A stretch of 14,225 nt of DNA from a virus (taxonomy: Duplodnaviria > Heunggongvirae > Uroviricota > Caudoviricetes): IMG/VR virus record IMGVR_UViG_2778261499_000007; one strand, written 5' to 3'. Each line of letters opens with the position of its first letter. Position 1 is the stretch's first letter. The translations under genes were made by a program, and so were the position numbers. Of this stretch, positions 11,191 through 14,225 are shown piece by piece. The notes beneath the pieces are model-generated. The model made no database searches, was not told the DNA's origin, and was given only the letters and a program-made list of their open reading frames with translations.

Positions 11191-13293
11191 ATGGCAATGA
11201 AGGAAGTAGCCAAGCTAACAAACGTTATTTACTGGGATTCTGATAAATCCAGCTGGCGAAAAGAAGTTAAACGGCTTGAGGATTATAAAAAATCCTGGAA
11301 GAAAGCTACCGACGATATAGCTAAAGCGGATTTTAAATCTAATCAGGCTGTGCTCAGAACACAAAGAACACGCGCTAAGGTGGAAGAGCAGATCGCCAGA
11401 GCACAGAAGAAACAACGTGCTCAGGCTGTCAGCCGTCTGACCGGGGGCAATAATCCGGAGCTCTCCTCTATGCGCAAGTTCTATCAGCAGCAAGCCAGAG
11501 AGGCCGCCAGACAACAAAAACTGTTAGATCGTAGTGTTGGAGATGTTCAGCACAGAAAAGCACGTGTAGGGGCCAACAGTGCACGAATCAGCAGCATGTT
11601 TGATGGCTCCCTGGTTGCTCAGTTCCAATCCAGAATTCAGAGAGTTAATGCTGATTATGCTAAAGGGGCTATTAACCTGCAGACCTATAATCAGAAAATG
11701 GCCCGACTCAGATCTGAAATGAAGATGGCAACAGCAGAGGCCGGAAAATTTCAGAGCAGACTAGACAAAGCTGCGGTAGCAGGATCAAAGCTGCATGACA
11801 ACCTGGGCAAACTCAACTCCACACTAGGCAAGATAGCTATTGGCCTTACTGCCGCTGGCTGGGGTGTTCAGCGTGCTGTTAGTGGTGCTATGGGTAGCCT
11901 TGCAGATCGCAACAGTGCGTATTTCAGCTTAATGGCCCAGAACAAGGATGATAAAGAAAAAACTGATCAGCAGATGGCCTACGTCAAAAGAATCTCTTAT
12001 GACTACGGGATGGATCAGCGTGAGACTGAAGGCGGCTTTATGCGCTTTGCTGCAGCCACACCAAGCATAAAAGAGAAAGATAAGCAGGATCTCTTTGAGG
12101 CTATGGCGATTAAAGGCCGATCAGTGGGTGCTACCGCAGACCAACAGAACAGGGCTATCGTTGCACTAGGACAAATATATAGCAAGGGCGGTCGAGTGTA
12201 TGCGGAAGAGCTTAAGGGCCAACTTTCTGAAGCCCTGGCAGGTTCTCAGGTAGATTTCACTAAGGCCGCTATCGATGCCGGAGTCATCAAGAAAGAGGAA
12301 GAATTTAATAAAGCCCTTGAAGATGGCAAGATCACCATGGACAAGCTTCTTCCTTCTCTGGTGAAAATCTGGGGTGCTGCAAAAGAAACTAAAGCTTTTG
12401 CTGAATCCATGAAACAGCCAGAAGTAGCAATGCAGCGCATGAAAAACAGCTTTAACGAGCTGGCGATTCAGTTTATGGGTGTTGTGGATCCTGCAGATGG
12501 CGTTATTAGCTTATCTGAATCTCTAATCTCCATCTTCGAAGACCTCACCACTGATATGGACGGCAGCGGGAGCGCGGCAAAACAGTTCGGTGAGGCAGTC
12601 GGGGCTGCCATGCGGGAGATCATGTATTGGGTAGGCTTCGCTAAGGGATATATCGAGATTAAGGCTAAAGAGTTCGGCATGACCAGTGAGGAAGTCGGAG
12701 GATGGATCGGCAAGCTGGTTGTTGCAATCGCAGGTCTGAAGATCATCGGCACACTTCTTTCTCCGTTTACCGGACTGATTTCACTTGTCACACAGCTGAT
12801 AGCCTTGTTAGGTAAAATCCCTGGTATGAGCAAGCTTCTGGCTTCTGCCTCAGGTGGAACGGCAACAGGAGCAGCGGTCATCAGTGCAGGATCTAACGCT
12901 GAAAGAAGTTTCATTGATGGCAAGACGCAGGAAATGAGTAAGGAGAACTCAAAACAGGGTGCTTTGTTTGAGCTGGGAAGATTTGTTAGCAATGCTGGCG
13001 CACTATTCACACCTGGCGGTGATACTGGTCCTTTGTTCGATCAGGTCAGAGGCTGGTTTAATAAAGGGCCAACATTGACAGTAGACACTGGCATCAGACC
13101 AACACCAACGGGTGGCATAGCTATCCAGAATGGTGGATATCAACCAGTCCAAGTAAATGTAGCCCCACAAGGTGAGATTTCCGGCAAATGGGAGATAACC
13201 ATCGATGAGGGGGGAATTGCCAGGGTAATTCAGAAGGAAGTCAGCGATCAGTTGGATTGGAAAGCCACGCAGGAATCTAACCAGCTTTTCTAA
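11191..13293 (+). CDS. Tail tape measure protein (700 aa)
   Basis: GAGG lies 6 nt upstream. Long coiled-coil N-terminus. Conserved tape-measure core: ADQQNRAIVALGQIYSKGGRVYAEELKGQLSEALAGSQVDFTKAAIDAGV. Gly/Ala-rich hydrophobic segments: GKLVVAIAGLKIIGTLLSPFTGLISLVTQLIALLG. Confidence 0.85.
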   Translation: MAMKEVAKLTNVIYWDSDKSSWRKEVKRLEDYKKSWKKATDDIAKADFKSNQAVLRTQRTRAKVEEQIARAQKKQRAQAVSRLTGGNNPELSSMRKFYQQQAREAARQQKLLDRSVGDVQHRKARVGANSARISSMFDGSLVAQFQSRIQRVNADYAKGAINLQTYNQKMARLRSEMKMATAEAGKFQSRLDKAAVAGSKLHDNLGKLNSTLGKIAIGLTAAGWGVQRAVSGAMGSLADRNSAYFSLMAQNKDDKEKTDQQMAYVKRISYDYGMDQRETEGGFMRFAAATPSIKEKDKQDLFEAMAIKGRSVGATADQQNRAIVALGQIYSKGGRVYAEELKGQLSEALAGSQVDFTKAAIDAGVIKKEEEFNKALEDGKITMDKLLPSLVKIWGAAKETKAFAESMKQPEVAMQRMKNSFNELAIQFMGVVDPADGVISLSESLISIFEDLTTDMDGSGSAAKQFGEAVGAAMREIMYWVGFAKGYIEIKAKEFGMTSEEVGGWIGKLVVAIAGLKIIGTLLSPFTGLISLVTQLIALLGKIPGMSKLLASASGGTATGAAVISAGSNAERSFIDGKTQEMSKENSKQGALFELGRFVSNAGALFTPGGDTGPLFDQVRGWFNKGPTLTVDTGIRPTPTGGIAIQNGGYQPVQVNVAPQGEISGKWEITIDEGGIARVIQKEVSDQLDWKATQESNQLF

Positions 13294-13395
13294 TGTCCAC
13301 TCTGTGGATTTGAGTTCTACTCAAACCTGCATAGCAGGCACTGATATTGTGATCAAAATCAATAAGTTAGCCTGACCGGACAAACTCCAGGCAAG

Positions 13396-13432
13396 AAAAA
13401 AGCCCCTAAGTGTTAACAAAGGGGCTCTTCTC
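13396..13432. terminator. Bidirectional terminator between the convergent operons (best on the minus strand)
   Basis: AGCCCCT (13401-13407) / AGGGGCT (13420-13426), preceded by A6, so the minus strand reads stem plus TTTTTT. On the plus strand it is followed by CTTCTCC. Confidence 0.65.
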
Positions 13433-13456
13433 CGGTATCCTTTTGATGCGGGGCAA

Positions 13457-13504
13457 AACCTGCTAACAAAAATCAACCTCTCGCGAGACTAATGTTAGCA
13501 GGTT
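13457..13504 (+). other. 12-bp perfect hairpin whose 24-nt loop carries leader-motif variant 3
   Basis: AACCTGCTAACA / TGTTAGCAGGTT. The loop aaaatcaacctctcgcgagactaa contains TCAACCTCTCGCGAG (13473-13487) and the palindrome TCTCGCGAGA. Confidence 0.6.
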
Positions 13505-13822
13505 GCCGGAAGGTAAGTCAACTCCGGTCTATAAACCTTAAAGCGACTATAAAATCGCCCCGCCAATTGTGATGATCCGACCTTTGAGGCGGGTCCGGTG
13601 CCCAGGGGGTGCAGTGATGCACAAACCAGGCAACGATAAACAGGCTAACAGTGATAGCGGCGCTCAATCAGCGCACTAAATCCTAACCAGTCCGGGAAAG
13701 AGGCTGGCTCTATCGACCGCTCATGCACGGGACAATGCATACCTGATAAAGGATTCTCACAAGGGACCAATCGCGAGAAAGAAGTGGAAAGGGGCTGATT
13801 TGTGGTGTATCACTACGGCCTC

Positions 13823-13846
13823 AAAAGACATCCTATTGTCTTTTTT
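13823..13846 (+). terminator. AT-rich hairpin plus T-run (weak plus-strand terminator abutting the stop of the wrap-around gene)
   Basis: AAAAGACA-tcctat-TGTCTTTT followed by TT. Confidence 0.35.
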
Positions 13847-14148
13847 CAGCCTCTACCTACATTTGACCAATACTTGATTGCACCGATCAAATCATCATAG
13901 TGGCGCATTGCATCATTGAAGCCTTTATAGCTTGCCCATTGTGGTGAAACCTTGTTATTGCTGAATTGCCCACTAATCAGGATAGTCTCCAAAATGTCGG
14001 CATATCGCTTACCAATACGCTTTCTGACGGCCTCAGAGCTCCCACCCTTTACGATTGCATTAATCAGGGCTTTTGTGTGTCTCAGGCTCTCATAGAGCAT
14101 TGCAGCGTGGGCAGATTCCATAAAGGAGCGCTTAGGCAGATCACCCCA
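13846..14148 (-). CDS. 3' part (codons 53-152 plus stop) of the wrap-around CDS
   Basis: The ORF track lists only 13846-14121, starting at an internal Met. Hand translation shows the frame is open upstream through 14225 (...AVGWDDGKHYSGLNYATLAAIHSEGWGDLPKRSF-MESAH...). Confidence 0.6.
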   Translation of the reverse strand, partial: WGDLPKRSFMESAHAAMLYESLRHTKALINAIVKGGSSEAVRKRIGKRYADILETILISGQFSNNKVSPQWASYKGFNDAMRHYDDLIGAIKYWSNVGRG

Positions 14149-14225
14149 CCCCTCAGAGTGGATAGCTGCCAGTGTGGCGTAATTCAGGCCGCTATAGTGC
14201 TTTCCGTCATCCCAGCCAACCGCTA
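14149..14225. repeat. Terminal overlap copy 2 (identical to 1-77)
   Basis: Same comparison as for copy 1. Confidence 0.9.

Larger units (their letters stand above)
1..14148. mobile_element. Complete circular 14,148-bp extrachromosomal element: iteron replicon carrying a partial phage head/tail module (candidate phage satellite or phage-plasmid-like parasite)
   Basis: Exact 77-nt end overlap. A CDS with RBS and ATGA stop/start coupling is intact only across the junction. Iterons plus Rep-like genes plus capsid, decoration, tape measure and tail genes are present. Only three ORFs exceed 300 aa (capsid, Rep-like, tape measure), so a large terminase or portal cannot be encoded. Confidence 0.75.

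Noticed and set aside
10641-13010. ORFs 10641-10865(+), 11027-11221(-), 11215-11517(-), 12246-12440(-), 12468-13010(-)
   Set aside because: They are embedded in or antisense to well-supported genes, mainly the tape measure gene. They are typical shadow ORFs.
13492-13572. 26-aa ORF MLAGCRKV... with a lipobox-like LAGC
   Set aside because: There is no signal peptide ahead of the Cys, no SD, and the ATG is buried in a 12-bp stem.
13791-13812. GGGGCTGATT matching the 5' end of tmRNA (ssrA)
   Set aside because: The identity is only 10 nt, there is no downstream tRNA-like or tag-reading-frame structure, and islands that target ssrA carry its 3' end, not its 5' end.

Overview
The first 77 nt (1-77) are identical to the last 77 nt (14149-14225). 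The window is therefore one complete circular molecule of 14,148 bp, opened inside a gene. A 152-aa minus-strand CDS with its own RBS becomes intact only when the ends are joined. The element combines three things. (1) A plasmid-type replication region: five 21-bp iterons, an AT-rich DUE-like flank, and two tandem paralogous winged-helix Rep-like genes. (2) An incomplete virion module: lambda gpD-like decoration protein, lambda gpE-like major capsid protein, a 700-aa tape measure protein, a Dit-like tail protein and a tail-completion-like protein. (3) Several small HTH, membrane and acidic proteins of unknown function. No ORF is long enough or looks right for a large terminase, portal, prohead protease, tail tube, lysis proteins or an integrase. 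My reading is an episomal phage satellite (or phage-plasmid-like parasite) of a lambda-like siphovirus in a gammaproteobacterial host, judged from an E. coli-type LexA box, DnaA boxes and GATC-rich motifs. Only about two thirds of the element is coding. The ORF-free third is packed with hairpins and repeat families. The items I rate highest are these. (a) A perfect consensus sigma70 promoter with an embedded canonical SOS box, pointing at the decoration/capsid operon. (b) A 44-bp inverted repeat pair flanking the 2.8-kb capsid plus regulatory segment, whose core has the 12+2+12 geometry of a serine-invertase crossover site, next to an 86-aa protein that looks like a stand-alone Hin/resolvase HTH domain. 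(c) A conserved 15-nt leader motif placed exactly 26 nt upstream of two start codons. (d) A tape measure gene carried by a satellite-sized element. All homology statements come from reading the translations and from memory of the families. None has been checked against a database.
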